Assembly (NCBI GenBank): GCA_951406725.2
Contig: OX597816.1
Coordinates: 39,494,001 to 39,558,000, forward strand
Source of the DNA: Octopus vulgaris
Taxonomy: Eukaryota
Length of the DNA stretch: 64,000 nucleotides
Reading direction: 5' to 3'
Below, piece by piece: positions 63,091 to 64,000 of this stretch (position 1 is the stretch's first letter; every line of letters begins with the position of its first letter). Both the position numbers and the translations under genes were made by a program. The notes beneath the pieces were generated by a model that saw nothing but the letters and a program-made list of their open reading frames with translations, was not told where the DNA came from and made no database searches.

Positions 63091-63335
63091 ATATATTTTG
63101 TAAGCCAAGAATCTTTACATAGTCACTCTTACTTTAGCCCCACGTTCTCAGTGAAGCTTAGGCCATCAATAACTTTTCTCCACTGCTGTCGACTCGGTTG
63201 TCTTTTTTGTTTCTCTCCAGTTGAATCCCTGTTTTTCAGATCTGCCTCAGTGTTCTGCCTTATTGATTTCACTGTTGTGAGGCCCTCCACTCCTAGGATT
63301 TATCGGTTTCGAATTACACACACACTTTTTTACTA

Positions 63336-63523
63336 TTTTACTTGATTTAGTCATTTGACTGCGGTCATGCTGGATCACCGCCTTTTACTTGAATAAATCG
63401 ACTTCAGGACTTATTCTATCGGTCTCTATTTCCGAACCGCTAAACCACGGGGACGTAAACACACCAACATCAGTTGTCAAGGGATGGTGGAGGGGAACAA
63501 ACACAGACACACAAATACATACA

Positions 63524-63557
<34 letters not shown>

Positions 63558-63728
63558 CAAAGATCGGACTTCTTTCAGTTTTCGTATATCAAATCCACTC
63601 ACAAAGCTTTGGTCGGTCTGAGGCTATAGTACAAGACGCTTTCCCAAAGTACCACGCAGTGGGACTGAGCCCGGGACCAAGTGGTTTGGAAGCAAGCTTC
63701 ATACCACACAACCATTCCTGCGCCTATA
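63336..63728 (-). mobile_element. SINE family A (older), inverted relative to the 62674 copy
   Basis: Reverse complement of consensus. Confidence 0.85.
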
Positions 63729-63732
63729 TATA

Positions 63733-64000
63733 TCATCATCATGGTCGTTTAACGTCCGTTCTCCATGCTAGCATGGGTTGGACGGTTCGACCGGGGTTCT
63801 GGGAAGCCAGAAGGCTGCACCAGGCTCCAGTCTAAATTTGGCAATGTTTCTACAGCTGGATGCCCTTCCTAACGCCAACCACTCCGTGAGTGTAGTGGGT
63901 GCTTTTTACGTGCCACCTGCACAGGTGCCAGGCGGGGCTGGCAACGGCCACGGTCAGATTGGTGTATTTTATGTGCCACCGGCACGGAAGCCAGTCGAGG
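63733..64000 (-). mobile_element. RTE LINE 3' UTR fragment (runs off window)
   Basis: (CAT)n then family consensus. Confidence 0.8.

Overview
AT-rich, microsatellite-dense eukaryotic DNA, very likely octopus (inferred from the SINE/RTE repeat repertoire; not database-confirmed). Positions ~5.3-42 kb hold the 3' 17 coding exons of the ribosome-biogenesis GTPase BMS1 on the + strand. All are GT-AG with consistent phases, ending at stop 41772-41774 and AATAAA 42024; the 5' GTPase exons lie upstream of the window. The introns are filled with tRNA-derived SINEs, 5'-truncated RTE LINE 3' ends with (GAT)n tails, CR1/RTE fragments, piggyBac- and pogo-type MITEs and short Penelope-like end fragments. 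The region after the gene (45-64 kb) is a nested graveyard of rosa-, mariner-, Tigger- and maT-type DNA transposons, a deleted Mag-like Gypsy element, Helitron-type elements and SINEs. Most ORF-track entries are microsatellite or repeat artefacts. Main leads: (1) dispersed minimal type I hammerhead ribozyme motifs with an atypical CUGUNGA core, plus other hammerhead-like families; (2) an exactly spaced Inr+DPE promoter with a splice donor and a 33-codon ORF at ~54.4 kb; (3) a SINE family that mostly inserts 5' of GGT; (4) inverted RTE tails bracketing two BMS1 exons (circRNA/ADAR candidate).
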